A stretch of 63,357 nucleotides of DNA, filler included, from Folioceros fuciformis (lineage: Eukaryota): assembly GCA_049999805.1 (NCBI GenBank). It is 14 parts of 14 records of this genome, joined end to end, with 100 filler letters (N's around TTAATTAATTAA, not from the genome) between each part and the next. Parts side by side here need not be neighbours in the genome. Positions count along the whole stretch, not along the records: positions 42,113 to 57,396 come from JBNGIO010006534.1; 13 more parts are not named here. One strand, given 5' to 3'. The notes under the pieces were generated by a model. The model had not been told where the DNA came from. It did no database searches and saw only the letters and a program-made list of their open reading frames with translations. Both the position numbers and the translations under genes were made by a program. Shown here one piece after another: positions 42,013-53,434 of this stretch (within the stretch, counting starts at the first letter, position 1; every line of letters begins with the position of its first letter).

Positions 42013-43486
42013 NNNNNNNNNNNNNNNNNNNNNNNNNNNNNNNNNNNNNNNNNNNNTTAATTAATTAANNNNNNNNNNNNNNNNNNNNNNNNNNNNNNNN
42101 NNNNNNNNNNNNTGGTTACACCACTTGTTGAGGGCTGCACTTTGCAAACCCTTTTTTGTGCTCGACTTATGTTTGGTTGTCTCTAGCCTGCAATCTACTT
42201 ATGACAGCCCTCCCTCCCTTCTTCTTCAGAAGGGAGGGAGGGCTGCTGCAAGCATTGAAGGTGGTAACAATACCCACACCAAGGCTCTCCGGGGAAGAGA
42301 GCTAAAACAACGAGGGCCACATAGAATTGCCTGATATATTTTATCTTTCGATTGTGTAGTTATCTTTGTCAACCGTCAGACATAAAGCTCTATTTTCTGT
42401 GTAGCGTATTATCGAGTGCAAAAACATATAACTGAATTCAATACTCGTCGTGCCCTATTCCTGCCCTGAGCGTCTGAAGCTGTGAACCCGCTAACATAGT
42501 AAGTGCGTGCTTATCAATACACCTTGCGACGTCTTAGGGTTTGTCGGTGAGATGGTCCAGCCCTGACTAAATCTCCCTTCTGGTACGTCTCAAAGCTTTG
42601 CAGAAGTCGTCGGCGCGCACGGTATGTCCGAGTAGTCTTGGTGCTTGCGGCACGAGGGTTTAGGGTTTTCGCCACGTTGAGATGTCGGATGTGTTCTTGC
42701 TGCATGCACGGGGGTCGGCTCCAGTTTGCAGAGGAAGACGATGTACGCGTGCCAACTCGTGAACTCCTTCTGCGAGTTTTGTGGCTCCCTTGCAGTTCTT
42801 TGTTTGGTTCCTATGCGGGCTGTGGCTGGGGTTTCAGTGCTGATGATGTGAAACTAAGATCCAACACCTATTCCTCCATGAGGATTCAAATTGAGCTTTT
42901 TAAATCTGAAGCACTCCCCCAGTCTCCGCCCGGCTCTCCTGGTGTGTCTTCAGAAGCTTCTTCTTCTTCTCGTCCTCTGTGTGGATCTGTGGTGTCCTTT
43001 TTACAGGCTGTTCTGGTTGTGAATCTGATTAGGTCTGGGAATCTGGCTGACCGTGCCTTGCCGGACCTGGAGTACGTCGTGCTGTGCAGTGCGCGGTGAG
43101 GAGGAAATGTGTGAGTGTTTTGGGCTTGCAATGAGTGCGGGATGGCCGCAGTTGCGTGCAGGTTACAACAGGTTGAACTGTTGTTTTTCGATCGCACATC
43201 CGTCGTCCAGAACCTGATGAGCGTTCAGGATTTGTCCTCTGACCCTTGTTGTTTGCCGTTGTGCTGCCACACTTCCATTCGTAACACTCTCCTCAGCGCC
43301 AACTCAAAGCTTCGCATGCGCACGTAGTCTCAGGGAGGAAATAAGGTGTGTTTGAGTGTCATACTTTGAGCAGCTAAGTATGTCCTCCTGACCTCGTACC
43401 CTTACAACGTGAGCCCTGAGTCTTGAAGAGATATTTTACTTCTCCTCTCTTATGGTGTAAAACAGTTGCCGATCATTTCCTGACGA

Positions 43487-45566
43487 TCATTTGGAGTGTT
43501 CGACACAGTAACAAAACAGTTTGTTTCCACCGGACAGGCCGAGAATGGGGAAGGAAGCGTAACCTTCGCCGACAAAGCCACAGCCGTTTGAGATCGACCA
43601 GCCGCCGTACACACTGGAGGCAGGCTTGTCCGAGCGCCAAAGAAGCTGTCCGGAGCTGGCATCCAGAGCATAGACAGAACCATTTAGAACTGCAGATGTT
43701 GTGAATAGGACATGGTTGGCGTAGCTGACTGGGCCGTAAGCGAAACTGCCTGCAGGGTCTGCGACAGACCACAAGATAGCGCCGGTTTCGGCTTCGAGGG
43801 CTACCCAGCCTCCGCTTGTAACCACAGAAGTCGAGGGCAGCAATGTCCATGGCAGATGCAAGTAGTTGGCGACGTTGGTGAATACTCTAGCCCCGTCTGT
43901 GGCAGAGCCCCAGATGGCTCCACCGGCTGGTCCTCCCGGCCCCACTACCTGCCAGTTCATCCGGTGAGGGGCCTCTGGTATCTCTCATTTCTACTGCTGC
44001 AGTTGCTATTTGCAAGATCAGACGAGGGCTGGCTTACCGTAGCCCACACCAGGGAACCGTCGTCGCGATCGAGAGCCCAGACCGTGCCGCTTTTCTGGCC
44101 TGCCACAGCGATATCGCGTTTGCCCCCGTTGATGGAGAGAAGCATGGGCGCCTCTCCGAAGTCGTAGTCCGTGCCTGGGCCCACTGGGCAGTTGGGATTA
44201 TCGGGCACCAAGCACGCGAAAGTCCATGCGCTGTATCCTCCCAGAACTGTGCTCCACACGATGGCGCCGCACACGATGGCGCCGCTGTCGATGTTGAGGG
44301 CCACCATGGCGTTGGCTCTGTTCTCGGGGGTGACGCAGGGATCTGGAACCTGAAGCAAACAGAGCGAGAAAACGCACTTAGTTGTAGGCGGGGGATCCTT
44401 GGTTGAATGGAGGTAAAAAAGGGAAGGAAAAAATGGGAAGGAAGGAACGGCAGGGAGTCAGGGCCTGACTGACTTCCGGCTTGGGGAGCTGTTGCTGGGC
44501 CTGCTCGCATGCTTCCACTTCCGGAGGAGCAGAGTAGAGGTTGCCGGTGGCTACGTAGACGTAGCGGCGGGCCTCATCGATTGCGGGGCTGCTGCCCCAC
44601 AACGCTGCACCGGAGTAGAGTCCGAACGAGCCGTTGTTGTTTGGAAGCATCAAGGTCTGCCATATCACCTCCCCCCTGGTGATTCTCAACTTCACCAGAC
44701 TTCCGATGAAATTGCAGCAGTTTGGAGGCACGGATGCGCTTTCTTGGAGGGAAGATGTGCCCACGTAGTAGTACCTGCACATCGATGTCAGGCTGAAGTG
44801 GACAGATTACTGCGGCAGATTAGACGGGAAGTTGGGCCAAGGAAAGTTACACCATACTTTCCGTAGCACACTCCCGACATGGTGATCTTTGACAGGGGAG
44901 CAGTTTCCACCACCTTCTGCCACACAACTTGGGCTGACGATTTCTTGAATGCCACAATCATCGCGGGTCCGAAGATGCCTACTATCAGGTACTTGCCACA
45001 AATGACGGGTGTGCTCCTAGAGATGGCCCCTGGAATCCCTGCACCTCCCCAACAGCGGTAAACGATCAGCCGGCAGACCCCTAATTACGGCGAATTACAG
45101 AAATGCCTCACTACTACATGTACCTAATGCTGTCGTCAAATTCACAGACCAAACAAGGGACCCGGAGTCCGCTGCAACAGCATACAGGTTCCCATCCCAG
45201 CTTGGAAAGTAGACGACTCCGTCCGCTACGGAGGGCGTAACTGAGACGTCTCCGAAAGTGCTGAACACCCATTTCAGCTCCAACCTTGGCGCTGTGGAAG
45301 GATGGATTTTCTGTTCCCTCAACTGATTTCGCCAGTTGCGGATCCCGTTCCCATGATTCACCCACTGCCACATGCAAATGCACGAATGTTGGACAGCAAG
45401 CTTTGCAAGATCGACAGTCACTTTTTCTGCACAAATTCTGCATTCACTGGTCTGGATTCATTACCTGTGCACGCTCTGCCGGCGCCGACTCCGAAGGTGG
45501 GAGGCCCACGGTCCAAAATAATAAACAATAATAAACGTCCAGCTGAATGCTACATCCCATCTTCAT
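43487..45566 (-). CDS. Secreted PQQ-repeat beta-propeller, polyvinyl-alcohol dehydrogenase-like, multi-exon
   Basis: Hydrophobic exon 1, then W.NHG..I.N.R, GDVSVTP.VADGVVYFPSWDGNLYAV, YVGTSS, CCNFIGS, YSGAA.WGSSPAID, VYVATGNLY, DYDFGEAPML, GQKSG.VWALD. Exon junctions checked by eye are in frame. Confidence 0.88.
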
Positions 45567-48500
45567 GGTCCAGCGCGGGCCTGAGCAGCTAGTTGCCCTG
45601 CGCTAGAGCAACGAGATCGTCACACTTCCCTGATAGATCGTCTACCAGGCTTGCTGCATGATCGCAACAATGCCGGCCCCTTGAAAGTTGTCGGCGCCTT
45701 ATACTCTGCACGACAAACCTTGTCAGATTTTCTAGAGATTGCGAGGTAGTGTGTCTCGGACCAAACCTTCTTTAACGGCCACTCTCTCTGCGGGCGCGGG
45801 GAGGTGGCCGGCTAAAAGCTAGCCATATCTATGACCTTACATTCCAGATCACAGACATGGGCTACCCGGTCTTGCGGGAAATATCCACAGACACTTAGAG
45901 CTCAACCAGACGCTTCTCAATCTCGCCGTGCAACGGGGTCAACTATCTTGCAAATCTGGGCCTCCTTTGGAAGTGGATATATATATCCCAAAAGAGAGTT
46001 TGCTGTGCCCCTAGTTTTTTATGTGGTAGGCCAGATCCTTTCTGAGTGGGGAATATCGTAGGAAGGAGCCCAAATGTCATCGACACAATGACGGGACAAG
46101 CATGTGCTGGCAAGCTCACCGTCTTGGTCAGGTTTAGGGGCTTGGGCCTCCCTTCTGGACAGCGTTGCTCAGACCACAGCTCGCAATTCATGCTAAATTA
46201 CTGACCAGGTCCGGCAGATCCTTGTCTGAAACGTTCTAACGCTTGACAATGCCCTGAATGCTAATTGCCCCATGTGCATGTGTGTGACCGCAACGGTGAC
46301 CTGAATCTGCGGTGACGCAGGGTTGCGATACAGTGTTTTGGACGATCATACATGCCCGGACCATCGGCCTAGCGACGTGGTTGTCGGATTCGGAACAAAG
46401 ATTCCGAAACACGACGCCGTGTTGGTCATCATCCCGCAGCTCAGGCTAAGCAAGGATGGTAACCAGGTTACAGCGTAGACACAAGGTTGGCCAACACTCT
46501 CGACGACAAACTGAAGGAGGAAGTGGACAATGGTGATGACATACATGGTGGACTAATCCCATAACCGTGTTGGCCCGAGTGTCTGCACTGAATGGCAAGT
46601 CTTGTGTGTTCCAGCAGTGATCCTTTCTCCGACTTGTCCAGGCGCCAGGTGGGTACAGGGGCAGGAGCTCTACCAGCAGCTCTTCCAGGTTGGAAGAGCT
46701 GCCATTTCTGGAAGTAAGTTGTTCGGGGACTCGTTCTTGTCTCATTCACCTCTCTGTGCAGTTTCGGATGACTCAGAGTGCTGAGTTATGATGAGGCTTG
46801 GGACAAAGCCAGCCCGCAAGACCTTGGCTCAGTCTGCAGATTGGGTGCAAGAACTCTCCTTCTCAAAACACTTGGCTTCATGTACCTGGCACATGGATGA
46901 CATTTCTGTGAGGATGGTGGGTGTAACAGGTAGCCGAGGCTGTGGTGGACATGGTTTTAAATTAGCCTCACCATATCAAGAAAACACAAACTAATCGAGG
47001 CTAAAGAGGTAGAACCCTGCTGTCTTGCTCCACGTTTTTGCTTTGGCTCGTTGGTAACAACAGAACACTGACTTCCTCTAATGGTTCTGGACTTTAGGAG
47101 AGATCTGTCGAGGGCAAGATCTAGACCTATATCACATTGTTATTTCTTTCGAAGCCCCGACATACACGCGGCATGCTCTTGGAAGGGTTGCCACTGGGCA
47201 TGGTATGTTCTCATGGGTGGCCTAGTGTACTTGGTGGGTGGGCTGTCCATCTCCCCGTCGAAGTTGGCTGTCGCAGAGGAATTCTGTGGTTTGACGACCG
47301 GGGAGAACGAAAGGCGATAGTCGAAGATGCAGGATGATCTCCCGGTTCACCTGAAAGCACCAATCGCCACAGACCATGTTTCGTCAAACCTGTTCACAGA
47401 ACACCTGCAACGAGGGCTCTGTCATGCCCTGCGAAGTGCATGCTGCCTAAATCTCTCAACTAAAACCAAAGCAGAGGTCGGGAGGAGAGTGATGTGTAGG
47501 GACTCCATCTACGTCTGAACCTTGCGATGCTCAGTTTGTGAACCCGACTCCCAGTGGGTGATGGCTGGATTTCCCGTTTCCCCTTGCAAGCGGCCGGATT
47601 ACAAATGTAGTCTCCCTTACCTCTGCACATGCTGGAAATATGGATGTATGTCCTACAGTCTCGAAGCTTCGTCAGCTCTAAGCTCGATTACCAGATCAAC
47701 CGAAGGCTGGCATCCCGAAGACCATCTGCCCACCACGGCTGGGGATTCACCAAGTATTTATTACGAAACGGCAACGTGGATTCACTTAGTGTTCATGTCC
47801 AGATAGCTAAGTGCACGACTCGGTAGAGTCTCTGGCACCTAACAAGAAGCGGGTCATAGACGATTTCTCAAGACCATGCCGGGCAAGCAAAGGCGAGGGG
47901 AAACTTGACAATGTTTAGAATGCTCCTATCCGACACCATCATCGTCCAGTTCCCCGGTGCGGTGGAGAGGCATCATGTAATGGTGCGAACAACGCTCGAT
48001 GTCGCAACGGATCACGACGCGGCGCTCTCCTGCGTTCGACCACTGATCGTGATCCGGTATCGATTTGCAAAGCAAGTTTCCATTTTACCTTGGTTCTCCT
48101 CAAAGCATACCGAAAAATATATGCCCCCGCATCAGTGCAACATGGACGGGCAGATCCCCATGACGACTCTCTTTCAGCACGCTGCAGGGATGTAGACGGA
48201 GAAGGCTGGACGAGACGACTGCAGCAAGACGAGGGATTTAAAAAGGATCCAGCGATGCAGACGAGACACGAAATTCATCTCGTCTTTGCAGCACAAGAAT
48301 GGCATCGACGGATCTGACTCGTCCGAATCAACTCACTCTAACGAAGCGAGCACACTGACCTTCACCTCCCCGCACCACAGAATTCCCCTTCACCGCCAAC
48401 TGGACAACATGATGGACTCCCAGCGCAGGCAGGGCACAGTTAGCCAGAATCCCAACCCTGAGCAACGACCAACGGGAAATTGCAGCATACATGAACCTCG

Positions 48501-49408
48501 TCTCGGGTCGCTGATTTTGGTCTGTGGGTGCGTTGTCTCCGTGCCAATACGCCAAAATTGCCGTGCCAAACCTTCTGCCTGCACAACAACCCTCCCCGTT
48601 TAGGACATGCCAGCTGCACACGAAGTCTCTCAAACAATCCCTACAGAACGAACGGCTGACAAACTTGCCAGGCCATCGCCACCTACGCACAGATCTCCGG
48701 CATGCAAGCCTGATCTGATTCAGCCTCGCCTCCTCCGCCCCGTCTCAACGACATCCGCTCGAGGTCTTCTGTTTCCTGAGCCCCAGCTTGGCTCCGGTGC
48801 CGCACCGTCCAGTACCCGAGAGCTGCCGTCCGAACCTGTCATGCAGGGGACTATCGAGCCAGATAACCGGGTAGGGAAAATTGGACACAGAACGCGAATC
48901 ATGCTCTCCACCCAGATCCGGAGATTGGCCCAGCCAATCCTCTCGTTTCCGCTATAGGTAACGACAGGGAAGTAATGTGTAATAAGGGCTTGTGAATTTG
49001 GCAAAAGAATTAGGTAGAATTGAGTTCAATTAAATCAGATTAATACAGTACGAGGTCCGTTCCACGATCCCAGCCCAGGCGGTGGTGCAGAGTGTGTCCA
49101 CAGGATGCTTCTGGGGAGGGTGACAAAATCTGAGCCGGAGGCAGGGGAAGCTGCAAGTGCTCTTCTCTAAGGTGGTGGGCGCCACCAGCAAAGCAAGGGG
49201 GCGGGCACGCGCGGTGTAAAATCGTCCTCTGTATCGGGACGCTTTTGCGGCCCGCCTCTTCAAGCCTTACCCGGCGCTGCTCTTCAAAGGTCTGGTGAGA
49301 GCGACCAAGGCCATCCACAGTCCTGCTGCTCCTCTACAAGCTCCCTCCTCAATTTGAGAGACGGCGCCTGTCAGCACACAACCCGGTGCCAGAGTTTAGT
49401 GATCTCGA

Positions 49409-51628
49409 ATGGCTTCCTCGGCTCTGGTAGATGCTGTCGGAACCATGGCTGGGCTGCGCGCCGCTTCCGTACCTGCTTCGCCTGCTGGAACTACAACCGC
49501 TACCGGCCTTCCTGCGCTCCGCCACGCTGCTGTGTCTGGCGGTGAGATTTGGTGTCTGTGGGCCGTGTTGGCTCGTCTCAGCCTGCTGGAATGGCGTTCA
49601 TCCCGGTTGTGTGCCTGGTGCAGGTGCGTTCCCCGGCCAGTTCGCGGCGCAGTCCGCCCCTCGGACCGGAGCCCCTGCCCAAGTCTCCCTGCCGCCCAGA
49701 GCGAGCTTTAGTAGCGGAGATGGGCAAGGGATTCGCGCCCGAGCTGCGGAAATTGTGGCCAGCGTTGCCACCGCCCCCGTCCCGGTGTCGTCCTCCTCTG
49801 ACGGTGAGGATGGCAGTTCCGGATTTCGGGCTTTGGTTGCTGCGGATTCTTTGTTTCTCCCTTTTCTGACGAGGTTCTCCCTTTTGTGACTGTCGGGCTT
49901 GCTCAGAGGAGGTGGTGGATTTCGTCAAGCTGAACGAGGACTTGAGTCAGGCGTCGCCTCTGGAGATCATGAGGCGGGCCCTGTCCCTGTTTGGGGACGA
50001 CATTGCTATTGCCTTCAGGTTGGTTGCTGTGAGTCAGTCTTAGTTTTGGCTGCTCTCCGGGTTCGGATGAGTTTTGCTAATCCGTGTGGCTGCCTTTTGC
50101 AGTGGAGCGGAAGATGTCGCTCTCATTGAGTATGCGCACCTCACCGGCCTGCCGTACCGGGTCTTCAGCCTGGAGACGGGCAGGCTGAACCCGGAAACGT
50201 ACCGGTTTTTTGCGGAGGTGGAGAAGCACTACAACATTCACATCGAGTACATGTTCCCTGATGCCTCCGAGGTTGAGGCTCTGGTTAGGGCTAAGGGACT
50301 TTTTTCTTTCTACGAAGATGGTCACCAAGAGTGCTGTGCTGTGCGCAAAGTTCGGCCGTTGAAGCGAGCCTTGAAGGGCCTGAGGGCTTGGATCACGGGC
50401 CAGCGCAAAGACCAGTCTCCAGGCACTCGAGCGAATGTGCCAGTCGTCCAGGTGAGAGTCCATTGGGCTGCATTGCGTCGGTTTTCTGATTTCTGGAATG
50501 GGGCGGCTGAACAGGCCCTGATTTGTGGTGCAGATGGATCCAGCCTTCGAGGGCTTGCAAGGTGGACCAGGGAGCCTCATCAAGTGGAATCCCTTGACAA
50601 ACGTGAAGGGCACGGATGTGTGGAGGTTCCTGAGGACCATGGAAGTGCCAGTCAATGAGTTGCACTCACGGGTGGGTGAAGTTTCATACATGGCTCGTGT
50701 CTGGTTGCACCCCAGAGACTAGCAACTCAGTGCTGACATTTCTGTGCAGGGATTTGTGTCCATTGGATGTGAGCCATGCACAAGGGCTGTTCTTCCAGGC
50801 CAGCACGAGCGAGAAGGCCGATGGTGGTGGGAAGATTCCAAAGCAAAAGAGTGTGGGCTTCACAAGGCAAGGACCGAGAGTACGGTTGTTTGAGTTTGCG
50901 TAAGAGGAAGAAGGGATGGGGATGGGTGTCAAAACTGGGCAAAGCTGCTGCGTTGCCACGTTTGTAAGCCGCCATAGCAATAGAAGAATTAACCTTCCCT
51001 CCTTCAACTTGCAGGGCAATATCGAGAATGTGCCGGAGACTTCCAGCCCAGAAATCAATGGTGCTGTGGAACTCCTTGACCTTTTCATCAATCCCAACGT
51101 GATAAAGTTTGACCGTGCTGGGATCGAGGAGGTTGCAAACACGGAGAACAGGACAAAGCCAGGACTCGTAGTTCTGTATGCTCCGTGGTGCCCCTACTCC
51201 CAGGTATGCTGTCTCCCTCCCAGCAATAAGGTCTATTTCCATACCCTGTCCGTCTGCGCATTCCTTCTCCTGGCACTAGCTCATACTGGCATCTTATAGG
51301 CTATGGAAGCATCCTTCAACGAACTCGCGGATCGGCTGCAAGGATCTCAAGTATTTGTAAGTGACTAGGCTTCACTCCCCAATGACTCCCGTGGTTCGTA
51401 TTTCCAAACCCCTCGCCCAGCGTTCCTCATTGTTCTCTTCTTCCGTCTTGGCAGGTCGGCAAGTTCAGAGCGGACGGGGAGCAAAAGGAGTTTGCAAAGG
51501 AGGAATTGCAGCTGCGAACTTTCCCAACCATCATCTTCTTCCCTAAGGGCAGCCGAAGAGCCATCAAGTACCCGTCCGAGCGGCGAGATGTGGAATCCTT
51601 ACTTGTTTTCGTGGAGGCTCTCCAATAG
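49409..51628 (+). CDS. APR: Plastid adenosine 5'-phosphosulfate reductase (Fe-S type with C-terminal Trx/Grx domain), multi-exon
   Basis: [107 protein letters not shown]. Confidence 0.95.
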
Positions 51629-52333
51629 AGAGAATTGTCAAAGGGTACGAATTGTGCCTAGAATTGTTTAGGGGTACGAATTGTGCCTAGTCCCTTGCAA
51701 GATTGTGTGTGTGCAGTCAGCTGACGTCATGAGGATGAGCCGGGGATTACCTTCCTCAAGGTTTTGCACCATGGCCAGGACTGTAGTGCAACATGGTGAA
51801 CGGCAAAAAATGCAAGGTCGCGAATCCTACTTCAGGTTCTGGAGGATGGGATTTGCGGTTTTCACAGTTTGGCGAAGATCTAGAATGGCGGTCAGGGCAG
51901 TGTTGACCCGGGACCATGTCACTCCATATGAGGCTGTGCAAATCCAAGAGGTAGGCGAATGTAGGATGACGTCATTGATTAGATTTGATTGTTTGGACGG
52001 TGTAAACGAAACAGCCCAAAATAACCACCGTCCTTCGCTTCGAAGGAGGAAAGGCTTTCCTCGGTGGAAGTTTGCACGTCTTCTCTTCCCTTCGAAGTAT
52101 GAAGAAAAGTTTTCTTCGACCTTTCCATGTTTTGAGCTACCATTGAGCTTACGTCCTCCTCGTACTCATGCACTATTATGTGCAAGTGTTGCCTTCAAAA
52201 CACATGGATGGGGCTTTTTGCCCTCTTGGCAATTGTCATTTGCGTAATCTCCACACTTGTGTTCCCTGGCATGAAGTGGTCGTTGAGGAAGGACCTATTC
52301 CACTTTTCTGGTGTTGACTATGTGAACATTGGT

Positions 52334-52402
52334 CACAATTGGATCTACGTTCTAACACACGATAAACTACAATTGGATCTACGTTCTAACACACGATAAA
52401 CT
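52334..52402. repeat. ~34-bp tandem duplication
   Basis: acaattggatctacgttctaacacacgataaact occurs twice. Confidence 0.85.
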
Positions 52403-53434
52403 AAGTGAAAGGAAGAAACGCTTCCATGTAACATAGGGTTTGGGGGCACACTTCAGACATCTGCAGATGTTGTCTGCAGGACGCTGTTAATCTGCGTCCT
52501 TCCCGATTCCTGCACAATTCAAGCAGCTCCTAAGGCAAGCCTATTTGCTATCAGCCAAGTAGGCCTGCTAGTCATTTCAGGTGAAAACAAGCTTGCTACA
52601 CTTGGTCAGGCCAACCAATTGCTCAACAATGCAGTAGCAGAAATGTCTAATTTCCTTGTTTACGTGTGTGAACTTGACAGCAGCATTGGGTACTGGTGAC
52701 TTCTGCTTCCTCCATCCCAATATGAGGCAAGTGGAGGACTTCGCAGGCTGATTGAGTTACACCATCAATGTAGTATCGCATCACAGCATCTGCAGCCCTA
52801 AATAGTTCTGTCTACGCTATCGGTGCCAGTTTCGGGCAGCTTATTCAGATCTCAGATGGGCCTCACGCGATGGTGTATTGCGGCTGGTCGATTGCAAGTA
52901 GCCGTGGCGATATATCGAAGAAGATTTGCGGTCTTTCCCGCTCGAGGCTTGTCAGGGGGACAACAAGGTGTTGCGTTACTCATTCATACCAAGGGAGCCT
53001 TCTAGTTGATTAGATGCAACGTGCTGGATCCTATCTGAAATGTAGAGGGACTCTCATTTGCAAAGTGACTTCTCACTTGCAAGGCTTCATGTGAATCTGT
53101 GACATTAGATTCGGGTCAAGTTTTTACATGCAATGTGAAGTAGCCACACAGGCTCCCACCAAAATTGCCTGGACAGATCCTACAAGTGACTACTCTCTGT
53201 GAACGCTAAGCTAGGCAAGGAGGACAGCAAGCGACAAGAAGGAGCCCTCAAGGAGTACACAACTCTCCTACTACCCAACAAGGGAACACTCCTTGACTTT
53301 CAAGCTTTTGTACCGCCATCCTGGCAACTATTGCCCCTGCAAGCCGTCTTGGCAGGAAGAATGGTTAGTCCCCTTCGGTATATGTACACAGCCGCAGCTC
53401 TCCCACGGCTGCAGTTCTGTCCTGTATGCACCGC

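Noticed and set aside
42183..42245. Helitron 3' end (hairpin plus CTAG)
   Set aside because: The nearby CTAG is not followed by T on the relevant strand, and the spacing is atypical.
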